Notes: a model not told the origin generated them from the letters alone. 60,910 nucleotides of DNA from Candidatus Omnitrophota bacterium (GCA_021108075.1 JAIORP010000096.1:1-60910), one strand, 5' to 3'. Counted from the stretch's first letter, positions 1-10,598 are shown. Made by a program: numbers and translations.

Positions 1-54
1 AACCAATTCTGCTTTTCAGAATTAAGATAGAACAATTTATTAATGGATTTGGTA
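1..54 (-). mobile_element. MITE family 1 copy, cut by window edge
   Basis: Reverse complement of the left 54 nt of the 80-bp element at 43617-43696. Confidence 0.9.
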
Positions 55-131
55 TGAATTTTTAGTTAAAATATTCGATATCCATAAACCATCTATTTAA
101 GCCGTTTGATTTCATGGTTGAAACCTTCTTA

Positions 132-154
132 TACCAAATCCATTAATAAATTGT
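132..154 (+). repeat. MITE family 1 left-end fragment
   Basis: TACCAAATCCATTAATAAATTGT identical to the element left end. Confidence 0.8.
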
Positions 155-358
155 ATCAGTTTTTTCCGGTCATCGATGCTTTTTATCTTTCTTTAATCTT
201 TTCAATGGCTTACGTAAATTCCTTTACCCTTATTAAGAAAAATTTTTATATAGTATTACGAAAAAACATTAAACAAACGGAAGATTATCGTCTAGGCGGG
301 GTCTCAATTTTTAGAAAAGAGTACCAGTGGATCGTTTTTTATTCTATAATCAATCATT

Positions 359-1064
359 ATGCCGAATCATTTTGATCCAGAGCAAAATAACCGTTTGTTT
401 GGGGCGATTGTTGAACATTATGATTTCTGCAATCATTTTTTTTCTTTGAATATTGATCAGTATTGGCGACGGCGGTTAGTTCGGTTTGACGGGTTTCAGG
501 ACAATGCCTGTGTTTTGGATGTGTGTACGGGAACGGGAGATGTTGCTTTTGGGCTTTGTCGATATTGTCAGCATGCGCAGATTGTTGCTTTGGATGTCTC
601 GCATGCGATGTTGGTCAAGGCTTGTCAGAAACAAGTCGGCAGGCAGAACGGTGACCGTCTGATTTTCATCGAGGGTGATGGTTTAATGCTGCCATTTAAA
701 GAAGGTACGTTTGATGCTGTTTTGATCTGTTTTGGATTACGCAATCAACGAGAATATGCGCGGGCGCTTCAAGAAATGCAGCGTGTCTTGAAACCGGGGG
801 GGTGTTTTGCGTATACTGGAATTTGCTCCGCCGGGACCGTCATTCCTTCATCGGATGTATCGATTTTATTTACAACAATGCCTGCCATTGATAGGTGGTT
901 TTGTTACCCGGCAAAAAAAGGCTTATGAGTTTTTAGCAGAGTCTATTTTACATTTTTTGACGCCGGAAAAGTTGCAAGCTCTTCTTGCTGAAATGGATTT
1001 CACCGAGGTTAAATCTGTTGGCTTGAGCGGCGGCATTGTATATCTTTTTGAGGCCAAGAAATAA
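359..1064 (+). pseudogene. menG: Demethylmenaquinone/ubiquinone methyltransferase, split by a 1-nt frameshift near 796-808
   Basis: YDFCNHFFSLNIDQYWRR, VLDVCTGTGD, FGLRN and RVLKPGG in ORF 359..928; the natural continuation ILEF...YEFLAESI...GGIV is in ORF 807..1064; the junction holds a G7 and a T4 run; menA is adjacent. Confidence 0.85.
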
Positions 1065-1188
1065 AAGGTGTTATTTTTTCATAAATAATTGAAATTAAAT
1101 AATTTATGGTATTTAATGCTTCTAAGAAGAGCAAAACATTGTAAGTTGTTGCAATAAGAATTTAAATTCAGCGATACCAGGAGGATGG

Positions 1189-2094
1189 ATGAAGGGGGAT
1201 ATAAAGGATTGGATACAAGCCATAAGGGCATTTTCTTTTACAGCCTCGGTTGTGCCGGTCTTACTCGGTGCCGCCTGGGCCTTTATTCGTCCCCATGACG
1301 TTGTTTGGGGACTGCTGCCAGTGTTTTTGCTGTGTTCCGTTTTGATTCATGCCGGAACAAATTTGATTAATGATTATTATGATTATGAAAATGACGTTGA
1401 TAAAGGGTATGCCTTTGGCTCAAGTGGTGTGCTGGTTTCCCGGAAATTGGAACCGCAACAATTGAAAAAGGGCGCTTGGATTGTTTTTGTCCTGGCCTTT
1501 GTACTCGGCCTGATCATTGTCTTCATGCGCGGATGGCCGATTTTTATTTTAGGTGTCTTGGGAATTATTGCCGGTTTTTTTTACACCGCCAGTCCGTTTG
1601 CCTATAAATATGTTGCTCTCGGAGATTTGTTTGTGTTTTTATTTATGGGTATTTTTTTAGTGATGGGATCTTTTTATGCGTTGACGGGTGTTTGGGAACT
1701 CCATTCTTTTTTCGTCGGTATTCCGGTCAGTCTTCTCGTGATTGCAATTTTGCATGGAAATAATGTGCGCGACCTAAAACATGATCAGGAATCAGGGATA
1801 AAAACCATGGCGATTATACTCGGACATCGGACAAGTCGATATTACTACTATGGCCTCGTCATCGGGGCTTTTTTATTTATCGGTTATATGATCGCCTCTG
1901 GAGTTCTGAGCGGATGGTCGCTTTTGGTGTGCCTGTGTTTGCCCATGGCCTTACGGAATATGAAAATGATGAAAACAAGCGACCCGGATAAGCCCGAAGG
2001 TATCGCCATGATTGATGTTGCCAGCGCTCAATGTCATTTGGCATTCGGCCTGCTGTATATTGCGTCCATTATAATCAGCGGGGTGGTCTCATGA
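1189..2094 (+). CDS. menA: 1,4-dihydroxy-2-naphthoate polyprenyltransferase (UbiA family)
   Basis: NLINDYYDYENDVD and NNVRDLKHDQESGIKT Asp-rich motifs, multiple TM helices, AGGAGG RBS. Confidence 0.9.
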   Translation: MKGDIKDWIQAIRAFSFTASVVPVLLGAAWAFIRPHDVVWGLLPVFLLCSVLIHAGTNLINDYYDYENDVDKGYAFGSSGVLVSRKLEPQQLKKGAWIVFVLAFVLGLIIVFMRGWPIFILGVLGIIAGFFYTASPFAYKYVALGDLFVFLFMGIFLVMGSFYALTGVWELHSFFVGIPVSLLVIAILHGNNVRDLKHDQESGIKTMAIILGHRTSRYYYYGLVIGAFLFIGYMIASGVLSGWSLLVCLCLPMALRNMKMMKTSDPDKPEGIAMIDVASAQCHLAFGLLYIASIIISGVVS

Positions 2095-2230
2095 TGCGCT
2101 TTTTTCTCGCCATTTTCATCTTTTTTGGATTGGGTTTTTGTTTGCACATTGGATCGCGCCGCACATAAATTTTTGGTTGTTGATGAACTTTTCAGCCTGT
2201 CTTTTGTCCTGTCTGGCCTATCAGTATCAA
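2091..2230 (+). pseudogene. N-terminal remnant of a membrane protein (possibly CPBP/CAAX-protease family) coupled to menA, truncated by repeat-derived DNA
   Basis: ATGA overlap with the menA stop; hydrophobic fragment FAHWIAPHINFWLLM; frame broken in T runs, then runs into hairpin/MITE sequence at 2231. Confidence 0.45.
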
Positions 2231-2331
2231 CTGAGCTTTGTTGCGAGGAGATTCATTTTTTTAATTTTGATATCTTCTAAAACGTCGAGGAAAGCAGAAT
2301 CGGTTTTGGTAATTATTTAATAGAATTGGTA
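2231..2331 (+). mobile_element. Degenerate composite of a family-3 hairpin half and the right part of a long-variant MITE family 1
   Basis: CTGAGCTTTGTTGCGAGGAGATTCA followed by ...GCAGAATCGGTTTTGGTAATTATTTAATAGAATTGGTA. Confidence 0.7.
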
Positions 2332-2546
2332 TTATTAGCCTCATTGGTCTGTGGATTGTTTGGGGGATACCTTTTTTACAGATATCAATGTTTAGGCCTG
2401 TGATTATTTCACACGCCTCATGGGATGTCACAATCTTTGTGCTTTTCCCCATGAGTAATCCATGAATCAGGCCGGCCGGCTTTTCGCAGGGCACAATCTA
2501 ACGGATCCACGATGATCGGTTCGTAAACAAGTATAGGTGTTTGAGT

Positions 2547-5084
2547 ATGACACAGGAACGATATAAAATTTCTAGCTTTTTGTCGGTTAAAAATACCCTG
2601 CGCAATGATTACTACACGCAATGTTGGTTCTATTTTATCCTGCAGCAAAAAAATGTTCAGCAAACCTGCTTTCAAAACACTCAAGAATCAAAGGCCCTGT
2701 ATCAATTGACTCTGTTTTACTGGATGGGTTCCATCACGAAATTATCTATTTTCGGGCTGCTTGCCCTGCTCGTTCCGGGATTTATACCGCTTGAGGCCAG
2801 CTTATGTTTGATGCCCCTGATCGCGTTTTACATCTACGTGCGGAAGAGCTATAAACCCAGGCTTGTTGATTTGAGTTTGCATCTGTTGCAGTCAGAATTC
2901 ACAGAAGAGGATTTTAAGTATCGCACGATGTTTGAGATCAGTGAGATCTTAAGCGAGAAATATCAAACGATTTCGCTGATTGATGCCATCGCGTTTTCAA
3001 GTGATGTCATGCGTCATTTTTTCCTGATCGGTATTATTATGCCTTGGCCGTCATTCATCCAAAGTCTCGCCATATTCGTTTTTCTTTATCAATGTTGTAA
3101 CCAGTGGATCAATTCATCGATTTTTTACAGCCATCTCTCATCAGCGAGCCTTTACACAAATAGAACGTCTTTATTTAAGAAATCGGTTGTGGATTCTTTT
3201 GACGTGGTCGGGTCTTTTTTGATGTCTGTCTTGATTTTTTATTTTCTTGATATTGGTGTCTGGTCATATTATTTTTCAGACGCGGTTATTTTGACACATG
3301 GAACGTTTATTTATCTTTTTCGAAGTTTATTGTCGGTTGTTTTTATGTCTGGGGTGTACGGTTCTTTGATCGAACTAACCACTCAGCAGCGATATGTGAT
3401 TTCTTATCAATCCTTTTTTGCGAACATCAAGAGATGTTCGCCGGTCTTTCTGGGGCTTTTTGTGATTTTTTATTTTATAAAAGAGCTCTTTAGTCCGTTT
3501 ATTCCAAACCACATCCTGTTAATGCTTTATGGCTTAATAGATGTGTCGTTCACGGTCGCGCTCGCGTATGGTCTGTTTTTGCGCAAATACAAAAAATGTT
3601 ACGCCCTGGATTATTTGCCGATCAAATTACACAAAAGGGATGTTTTTTATTTAGTCCTGTGGGCTGTCTGCCTGTTGATGAGTTATGGCATTCTTTCATT
3701 TGTTCGAGGGTCTTCCTATTACAGTTCTTTAATTTTTTTGCTGTTGATCAAATTTTCCTATTTGGCCTTATTTGTTTTCACGGTGCAACTGATATTAAAG
3801 GCTTATCCTGAAGTTGATCGTGAATTTTCCACCGGGAAGGAACTGTTCATCGTCAATCCTTTGCTGGGGGAAAATATTATTGATCTGGTGCTTAATTTTC
3901 GCCGGGGTTGTCTGCCACTGTACACCGTGCTGAGAACATTTACGCCCGAGCATTATCGCGTGATTCCGTTTAACACAAAGAAATGGCATCGGCGATATAA
4001 TAAAAAAGGGATTTTGGTTGCGATTACTTCGACCACATTAGGCAGTGCTTCGGCTTACGCGATTGCCAAGGGGTTGCGCTATGGCGGGGCAAAGGTGATT
4101 ATGGGTGGCGCTCACGTGAGTTTGCTGCCGCAAGAGGCGTTGAAGTATTGTGATAGTGTTGTCATTGGTGAGGCTGAAGGTCTTTGGACGGATATTGTGT
4201 CGGATTTTGAACAGGATGACTTGAAAGAGATCTATCGACGCAGACCAACCCCGGAAGATTATGCCCGGGTGCATCAAACATTGCTGGCTTCTTCTCCGTT
4301 GGAAGTGAGCGACTACATGGAACCGACATCCGGCTGCAAGTTTCGTTGTGAGTTTTGCGCTGTGCATGTGCTGTCTAAAACTGTCCGCAACAAACAAATT
4401 ACCGAGATGGTTGAGTTGCTTAAAATTGTTAAACAACAATACAAATCCGTTCTTTTTTTCGGCGATAATTTTTATTTGAATCCGGACTACGCAAAGGAAT
4501 TGGCCCGGGAGTTGGTTCAACTGGACCTCGTCTGGCGGGCCAATTGTAGTATTGATGTCGCCGCCGATGAAGAGATGCTGGATTTACTCGAAAAGAGCCA
4601 TTGTGCGATGTTAGGTGTTGGTTATGAGATCATTGACAGTGAACAAGTTGAGTTGGAGTCCAGAAAATTCAATTATGCCCACAAATATATTGAATATACG
4701 CAACGCTTAAAACAGCATAAGGTCAAGGTCTTGGCAAATTTTATTATTGGATTCCGCTGGCAGACGTATCAGAGCTTTGTCGATTATTGGTTGTTTTGTT
4801 TGCGCATGTTTCCTTTTTTTACATCCTGCAGCTATTTGGTCCCTCTGCCGGGAACGCCTATTTATGAAGACGTGTTGGCCGAAGACCGGTTGGCGACCTT
4901 AAATTGGTCGGATTATTATCCTTTTCATGTGGTATTTTATCATCCCCACATGAATTATCATGTGCTTAAGATATTGGTTCCTTTTTATGCGGCTTTTATT
5001 GCCGTGACAACCTCGCGGTTTGGTTTGATTTTATTCGTGACCCTTGTGTTCGTTGCAGGAGGGTTGGTCTTTCTTTTTATGTGA
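2547..5084 (+). CDS. Polytopic membrane domain fused to cobalamin-binding and radical SAM domains (paralog 1)
   Basis: About 420 hydrophobic N-terminal residues; VIMGGAHVSLLPQEA...VVIGEAE B12-domain motif; GCKFRCEFC; PLPGTP; C-terminal TM helix. Confidence 0.85.
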   Translation: MTQERYKISSFLSVKNTLRNDYYTQCWFYFILQQKNVQQTCFQNTQESKALYQLTLFYWMGSITKLSIFGLLALLVPGFIPLEASLCLMPLIAFYIYVRKSYKPRLVDLSLHLLQSEFTEEDFKYRTMFEISEILSEKYQTISLIDAIAFSSDVMRHFFLIGIIMPWPSFIQSLAIFVFLYQCCNQWINSSIFYSHLSSASLYTNRTSLFKKSVVDSFDVVGSFLMSVLIFYFLDIGVWSYYFSDAVILTHGTFIYLFRSLLSVVFMSGVYGSLIELTTQQRYVISYQSFFANIKRCSPVFLGLFVIFYFIKELFSPFIPNHILLMLYGLIDVSFTVALAYGLFLRKYKKCYALDYLPIKLHKRDVFYLVLWAVCLLMSYGILSFVRGSSYYSSLIFLLLIKFSYLALFVFTVQLILKAYPEVDREFSTGKELFIVNPLLGENIIDLVLNFRRGCLPLYTVLRTFTPEHYRVIPFNTKKWHRRYNKKGILVAITSTTLGSASAYAIAKGLRYGGAKVIMGGAHVSLLPQEALKYCDSVVIGEAEGLWTDIVSDFEQDDLKEIYRRRPTPEDYARVHQTLLASSPLEVSDYMEPTSGCKFRCEFCAVHVLSKTVRNKQITEMVELLKIVKQQYKSVLFFGDNFYLNPDYAKELARELVQLDLVWRANCSIDVAADEEMLDLLEKSHCAMLGVGYEIIDSEQVELESRKFNYAHKYIEYTQRLKQHKVKVLANFIIGFRWQTYQSFVDYWLFCLRMFPFFTSCSYLVPLPGTPIYEDVLAEDRLATLNWSDYYPFHVVFYHPHMNYHVLKILVPFYAAFIAVTTSRFGLILFVTLVFVAGGLVFLFM

Positions 5085-5209
5085 AAGTGGACAGCAGTGA
5101 CGTTTTTTCAGGACAGTGCGCAAAAAAACAGATGTTGGTTTATGTCATCCTGTCGAGAGTGATCGAAGAATCTTCAGTTTTTTTATGATTGTAACAATAA
5201 GGAGAGACG

Positions 5210-5701
5210 ATGGAATCAAAATTTGATGTAAATAAAATTATGCCCATCGATCAGATGGAAGGGGAGGATGCCAGGGATACAGCTCTTTTGCGAGAAATGT
5301 ACGCGGAGGCGGAAGGCTTTATTCTGGCGCATCCATGGTGTGAAGGGCTTGAACAGGCTTTTTTTGGCATTGGTGTTGGTGGTGTCGTGGCTGTCTTTTT
5401 ATTCAAGATAATACATGGACGCGGAGATGTTGATGACTTTTTATGGGTGATTGTTGGTGATTTGCCGCCAGCGTATATCGTCTGTGATTTTGCCCCAAAC
5501 CCCGCCTGTGCCCTGGACGGTTATATTGAAGAGATGACTTTGTGGATCGACGCTGTTAAGAAAGGGGAGAGTATCGAAGAATTGATCCCGGTCAACGTTC
5601 CTCCGGAGGAGCCATACGCGAAAATGCTGGAAGACAGGCTGAATACGTTGGATAAAGAAATTCTTTCTCATTACGAAGAGGATTTGAACGCGATCCGGTA
5701 A
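5210..5701 (+). CDS. Acidic hypothetical protein (DUF4826-like)
   Basis: 163 aa, AAGGAG RBS, WVIVGDLPPAY motif. Confidence 0.65.
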   Translation: MESKFDVNKIMPIDQMEGEDARDTALLREMYAEAEGFILAHPWCEGLEQAFFGIGVGGVVAVFLFKIIHGRGDVDDFLWVIVGDLPPAYIVCDFAPNPACALDGYIEEMTLWIDAVKKGESIEELIPVNVPPEEPYAKMLEDRLNTLDKEILSHYEEDLNAIR

Positions 5702-5854
5702 CCGGTTTTTTGGTCACGTTTTTATTCTTTCCCGACCGAATTGGTATTAATAACATTTTAAATATTAAAAATAAATATGTATAATAATAGGACTATTTAC
5801 GGTTAATTCGGTTTGCCATATTCCAATATGTCCATCGACCATGAGTCTGCCCTT

Positions 5855-7573
5855 ATGAGCAAAAAGAAAAAATACAATGTGATTATTTTGGCTGACAGTG
5901 TTAAGGGTCCTTTGTATGAGGAGTTCGGGCAAGAGCACAAGGCCCTTATTCCCATACATGGAAAACCCATATTAGATTGGGTTGTCGGGGCATTTCACAA
6001 AAGTGAATTGATTGACAATATCATTGTTGTCGGTGATGAGGTCCTCGACCAATTGGCGTCTATGCGCCATGTCCGAGCGAGGGTTATGCCCGGGGTCAAT
6101 TTTTTTCAAAGCATTATCCATGGTATCACATATATGAAGACGTCTGTTTACGGTCTTGCCGATAAACATAACGGGTACTTGCTCGCTTTTGGGGATGCCG
6201 TTTTTCTCACACCGGATATTATCGATGAAGTGGTCGACCATGTTAGCCAGAGCCGGGCTGATCTTGTTTTGCATTACACGGAACGGAAATTATTCGATAA
6301 GTTAAGATTTAAAGATGAGCGGGTGTATATTCCCTTGGGGAAAAAGCAATATACCGACACCAACATTTACTATATCAGCCGGTTTAATATGATCGCCAGC
6401 CTGATTGAAGAATTGTCTCAGTTCAAGGGAGACCGTAAAGACCATAAACCGGTGCTCAAGATGCTGGGCTGTGATTATGAAACCATTCCTGAAATCGAGA
6501 CGTTTCTTTCGAAGAAGATTTCAGCTAAAGCGAAGATTTTTATCACCCAGTATCATGAACTCAGCATGGAGGTCGATACGCCCCAGGATTTGGATAAAGC
6601 CAAACGGTTATTGCGCAATCCCTGGCAGCACAAGTACCAGAAAGCCAAATTGATTTATAATCCGCATGCGGGCAAGGGCATGTCGTTGTCGCCGTTCCTG
6701 AAGAGTTTGTTAGGGATGAAACAACGCAAGTTTGATGTGCCATCCTCTCAAGAGGATTGCATTGCCAAAATAAAAAAGTATTTAGCCGAATACCATATCC
6801 ATATTGAAGTATCCCCGACCCAGTTTGCCGGACATGCCACTCAGTTCGCCCGGCAATGTGTGAATCAAAATTATGACCTTGTTATCGCGGCAGGGGGGGA
6901 TGGAACCATCAACGAAGTGATCAATGGTTTAGCTGGTTCAGAGGTCGCGTTAGGAATTATTCCATTGGGGACGGCAAATGTTTTTGGGATCGAGATGAAA
7001 ATCCCCATGGAGCTTAAAGCTGCCTGCCAGGTCATCGCTTCCGGGCAAACCCGTAAGATCGATTTGGGTTGTGCCAATGGGCGATATTTTGTCTGTATGG
7101 CGGGGATAGGTTTTGACGCGCATGTTTTAAAAAAGGCGGACTCGAAGTTAAAGAAAATTTACGGGGCCTTGGCTTACGCGATTGTTGGGATTACACAAAT
7201 ATTTTCGTATCGTTTTCGCCGGATCATTGTCAGAATCGATGACCAACGGATTCCTCGGCACGGGATTTTTGTTGTGATTGGGAATGGGAAATATTACGGG
7301 GGAGGGATGATGTTTGCTTCTCGGGCGGATTTAACGGATGGCTATTTAGACGTGTGTATATTTCGGCATAAAAGTTTATTCAGTGTGTTTAGTTTTTTAT
7401 TTGGTTTTCATCGCGGGAATATCGACAAGCATTTGAATATCGAATACTTTCAGTGTAAAAGCGTTACAATTTACAAAAAAGGGAAACATCCTGTGCACGT
7501 GGATGCGGAATATTTGTGTGACACGCCGGTTAATATCGAAGTGCATCCGCAAAGCTTAAAAGTTGCTGTTTAG
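5855..7573 (+). CDS. MobA-like NTP-transferase domain fused to a diacylglycerol/lipid kinase (YegS/BmrU-like) domain
   Basis: N-terminal VIILA...KALIPIHGKPILDWVV and EVDTPQDL; C-terminal IYNPHAG, AAGGDGTINEV, IPLGTANVF, GIGFDA, YYGGG; start uncertain (5813-5855). Confidence 0.85.
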   Translation: MSKKKKYNVIILADSVKGPLYEEFGQEHKALIPIHGKPILDWVVGAFHKSELIDNIIVVGDEVLDQLASMRHVRARVMPGVNFFQSIIHGITYMKTSVYGLADKHNGYLLAFGDAVFLTPDIIDEVVDHVSQSRADLVLHYTERKLFDKLRFKDERVYIPLGKKQYTDTNIYYISRFNMIASLIEELSQFKGDRKDHKPVLKMLGCDYETIPEIETFLSKKISAKAKIFITQYHELSMEVDTPQDLDKAKRLLRNPWQHKYQKAKLIYNPHAGKGMSLSPFLKSLLGMKQRKFDVPSSQEDCIAKIKKYLAEYHIHIEVSPTQFAGHATQFARQCVNQNYDLVIAAGGDGTINEVINGLAGSEVALGIIPLGTANVFGIEMKIPMELKAACQVIASGQTRKIDLGCANGRYFVCMAGIGFDAHVLKKADSKLKKIYGALAYAIVGITQIFSYRFRRIIVRIDDQRIPRHGIFVVIGNGKYYGGGMMFASRADLTDGYLDVCIFRHKSLFSVFSFLFGFHRGNIDKHLNIEYFQCKSVTIYKKGKHPVHVDAEYLCDTPVNIEVHPQSLKVAV

Positions 7574-7614
7574 TGGCGGCGATCGTTTTTTATAACATTA
7601 GAGAGGAGTGTTGT

Positions 7615-7836
7615 ATGTCACCTGTTAATGATTTAATCGAGTGGAATGACTGCGGCTCGAGTTATAGCCTGTATATTAAACATTTCACCGATGATGAAGG
7701 AAGCAAAGGCGTAACGATGATTTTTGAAGATTTAACGCACAATAAAGTCACTGAAATTGTTATCCCCCCGAGTAAGTACCCGACTTTTTTAAGGGCCATC
7801 AATGAAGGTTTGGCCCGGCAACAGTTTGTTTTTTAA
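7615..7836 (+). CDS. Small hypothetical protein
   Basis: GAGGAG RBS before ATG 7615, 73 aa, globular composition. Confidence 0.65.
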   Translation: MSPVNDLIEWNDCGSSYSLYIKHFTDDEGSKGVTMIFEDLTHNKVTEIVIPPSKYPTFLRAINEGLARQQFVF

Positions 7837-8000
7837 ATGACGGTACTCAGAAAAGGATGGATGCATGTGATGAGGCAGCGGTCAGGACAATTTTTGTTTG
7901 TTCCAGTGTCAACAGCATTTGTGCTGCTGTTGGCCCGTATATTCATTGCGACTGGCCGGGTACGCAGTGAAATTTTTATTTAAGTCAGGACAGAGACGTT

Positions 8001-10598
8001 ATGGTGTCGAAAAAAAAATTGTTGAAGGTTTCCAGCTTAAGTGCTGTAACTAATTCTTTTTATTATGATTTTATCAGCCGTCGTTGGTTCGTTTATCTTT
8101 TAACGACACTGGCCCGTCAAAAGGACTATCTGAATAATGACGCGTTTGGGCAACGTTATCCAGCATATAAAATTTTATGGCGACTTTCGATGTTTGTGCA
8201 GTTATCCATTTTTCTTGTCTTGTTCCTTCCTCTTTGTTTATTGTTGCCGTTAAACATTTATTGGAGTTTAATTCCGCTCGGGTTGGCGTATGTCTGTATC
8301 CAACGGCAGTTGAACCCGCAGATGAGGGCATTAGCGGAGCTTGTTGTGCGGCAAGAAGATGACAGAGTAGAGGCTGGGATGATGACATTGTTTCATTTTG
8401 CCGAAGTTGTCAGTCAAAAATATTCTATTTGCTCGTTAGTGGATGTGGTTTGTTTCTCTGATTTTGTCATGCGTCGTTTGTTTCTGCTCAGCATCGTCTG
8501 GCCGTGGCCGTCAACCTGGTACAGCTTGATTGGTCTTATCGTTATTTATCATTTTTTTAAGCATTTGATAAACACACCGACCATGTACACAAATATTATT
8601 TACGGGCGTTGGTGGGGGATGTCATCGTGGGGCGTCCGTATGGCCAATGTGTTCCCGCTAAAGTTTTTTAGCGCGTGGTTTGACCTGTTCCGTCAAGAGC
8701 TGAAGGGTTCTGCCGAGATTCTGAATTCCTACTTGTCCGTTGTCGTCGGCGTCTTTTTATGTGACTTGTTGGTGTGGAATTATTATGTGCCGGATCAATT
8801 TTTTGTTTCGCAATTTCAAGCACTGCTTTTCGCGAATTTTTTCTTCTCGATATTTATTTTTTCTGGCTTGTACGGACAGCTTATTGATTTTGTCCGCGAC
8901 CCTGCGCAGTATGCCACCCTGAGGACTTTTCTGCAGCATGTCAAGAAGTTAGGGCTGGCTGTTTTTTGTGTTTCAGCCGTATTCTTATTCGTGAAACTTG
9001 TCGTTACCAGCAACGCCACGTATTCTCAGCAGTTTATCGTTCACGCTTTGTTTGACCTCGCGTTTATCATCACCCTATCCTATGTCTTGTTTTATCAGCA
9101 ATATAAAAGGGATTATCTTTTGTCCTTACATCCTGTAAAAATCGGGGCGCAACAAACAGGAGTCATTGTCGGTTTATGTGTGGGTGTTGTCTTTAATCAT
9201 GTCTTGTATCTGATACTATCTCCGGTCTCTTTCTATGGTTCGGTTATTTTTATTTTCATCGGAAAGTACCTGTTTCTGCTGCTCTTCCTTTACGTCGTGT
9301 CCATCATCATGTCCTCTCACCTGTCGGTTACAGCATCTGTGCGGCAACGCAGGGATATTTCTGTTATCAGTCCTGTTAATGGCGGCAATGTTTTTCTGCT
9401 GTACCTGCGGCTTTTAGTGAAATGGAGTCATTTGCCTTTGTCGCTTGTCATTAAGAGCCTTAGCCCGGAGGAATACAGCATTCAGTGCCTGAACAATCGG
9501 TTTTGGTCCAAACGTTATGTCGGCCCAAAGAATCTGGTTGCGATCACGTGTTATACGGTCAACAGCAGTGAGGCCTATAAGATCGCAAAGGATTGCAAAG
9601 CCAAAGGCGCCACTGTTGTTATCGGCGGTGCGCATGTCCATTTTATGACGCAAGAAGGTTTGGCTTTTTGTGACAGTGTTGTGGTTGGACCAATTGACAG
9701 TGTTTGGGCTGCCATTGTAAAGGATTTTGAAACAAAGCAGCTTAAACCGGTTTATTATGGGCAAGGCACGCCAGAATCTGAGAAAAAAATTCATGCGCAA
9801 CTTTTGCAATCATCACCGGGTATGGTAAGCAGTTTCTTGCTGCCTGTTCGTGGTTGCAAGTTTAATTGTAGTTTTTGTGCTGTTGCCGCTAAAGAAGAAA
9901 AAATTGTTAAGAAGCCGGTTAATGAAGTTGTTGATTTGATTAAGATCGCACAAAAAGAACGGAAAACCATTTCTTTTTTAGGGGACAATATTTTTATTGA
10001 ACCGAAATACGCAAAAGAGCTTATTCAAGCCTTAATACCTTTAAACGTTGGTTGGGCCGCGTCCTGTAGCATTGATATCGCGGAAAATGATGAGATGGTG
10101 GAATTGTTAAGAAAGAGCAATTGCCGGTATATGTTGATTGGATACGAAGTGGTCAGTCATGAATCCAGCGAATTTTCAAAAGGCAAGTTTAACTACATCG
10201 ACCATTATGTTGAATACACCAATCGTTTGAAGAGGGCGGGAATTAAAATAACGGCATCGTTTATTTTTGGATTTGATACGCATACGTATCAAACTTTTTG
10301 GGATTATTGGGCTTTTTATTTTAAAATTTCTCCTTATTACACGGGGATTGCGTTGTTATTGCCTTATCCGGGAACAGCTGTCTTTGATCAGATGATCCGG
10401 GAGGAACGTTTGCTGAACATGAACTGGCAAAATTATGATGTTTTATCTCTGGTTTACATTCCAAAGAATATGAACTATTATATTTTACAGCAGCTTCATT
10501 ATTTTAATTATTTCGCGACGCAGTTTTTCTCGTCAAAACTTGGTTTTTTTGTGTTTCTTTGTGCATTTTTTGTGGCGTGTTTGTTCTTTTTTCTATAG
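8001..10598 (+). CDS. Polytopic membrane domain fused to cobalamin-binding and radical SAM domains (paralog 2)
   Basis: Colinear with 2547..5084; VVIGGAHVHF, GCKFNCSFC, PYPGT. Confidence 0.85.
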   Translation: MVSKKKLLKVSSLSAVTNSFYYDFISRRWFVYLLTTLARQKDYLNNDAFGQRYPAYKILWRLSMFVQLSIFLVLFLPLCLLLPLNIYWSLIPLGLAYVCIQRQLNPQMRALAELVVRQEDDRVEAGMMTLFHFAEVVSQKYSICSLVDVVCFSDFVMRRLFLLSIVWPWPSTWYSLIGLIVIYHFFKHLINTPTMYTNIIYGRWWGMSSWGVRMANVFPLKFFSAWFDLFRQELKGSAEILNSYLSVVVGVFLCDLLVWNYYVPDQFFVSQFQALLFANFFFSIFIFSGLYGQLIDFVRDPAQYATLRTFLQHVKKLGLAVFCVSAVFLFVKLVVTSNATYSQQFIVHALFDLAFIITLSYVLFYQQYKRDYLLSLHPVKIGAQQTGVIVGLCVGVVFNHVLYLILSPVSFYGSVIFIFIGKYLFLLLFLYVVSIIMSSHLSVTASVRQRRDISVISPVNGGNVFLLYLRLLVKWSHLPLSLVIKSLSPEEYSIQCLNNRFWSKRYVGPKNLVAITCYTVNSSEAYKIAKDCKAKGATVVIGGAHVHFMTQEGLAFCDSVVVGPIDSVWAAIVKDFETKQLKPVYYGQGTPESEKKIHAQLLQSSPGMVSSFLLPVRGCKFNCSFCAVAAKEEKIVKKPVNEVVDLIKIAQKERKTISFLGDNIFIEPKYAKELIQALIPLNVGWAASCSIDIAENDEMVELLRKSNCRYMLIGYEVVSHESSEFSKGKFNYIDHYVEYTNRLKRAGIKITASFIFGFDTHTYQTFWDYWAFYFKISPYYTGIALLLPYPGTAVFDQMIREERLLNMNWQNYDVLSLVYIPKNMNYYILQQLHYFNYFATQFFSSKLGFFVFLCAFFVACLFFFL

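Noticed and set aside
5143-5173. TGTCATCCTG...CGAAGAATCT resembling a REP-type motif
   Set aside because: Single degenerate copy with no partner or associated nuclease in the window.
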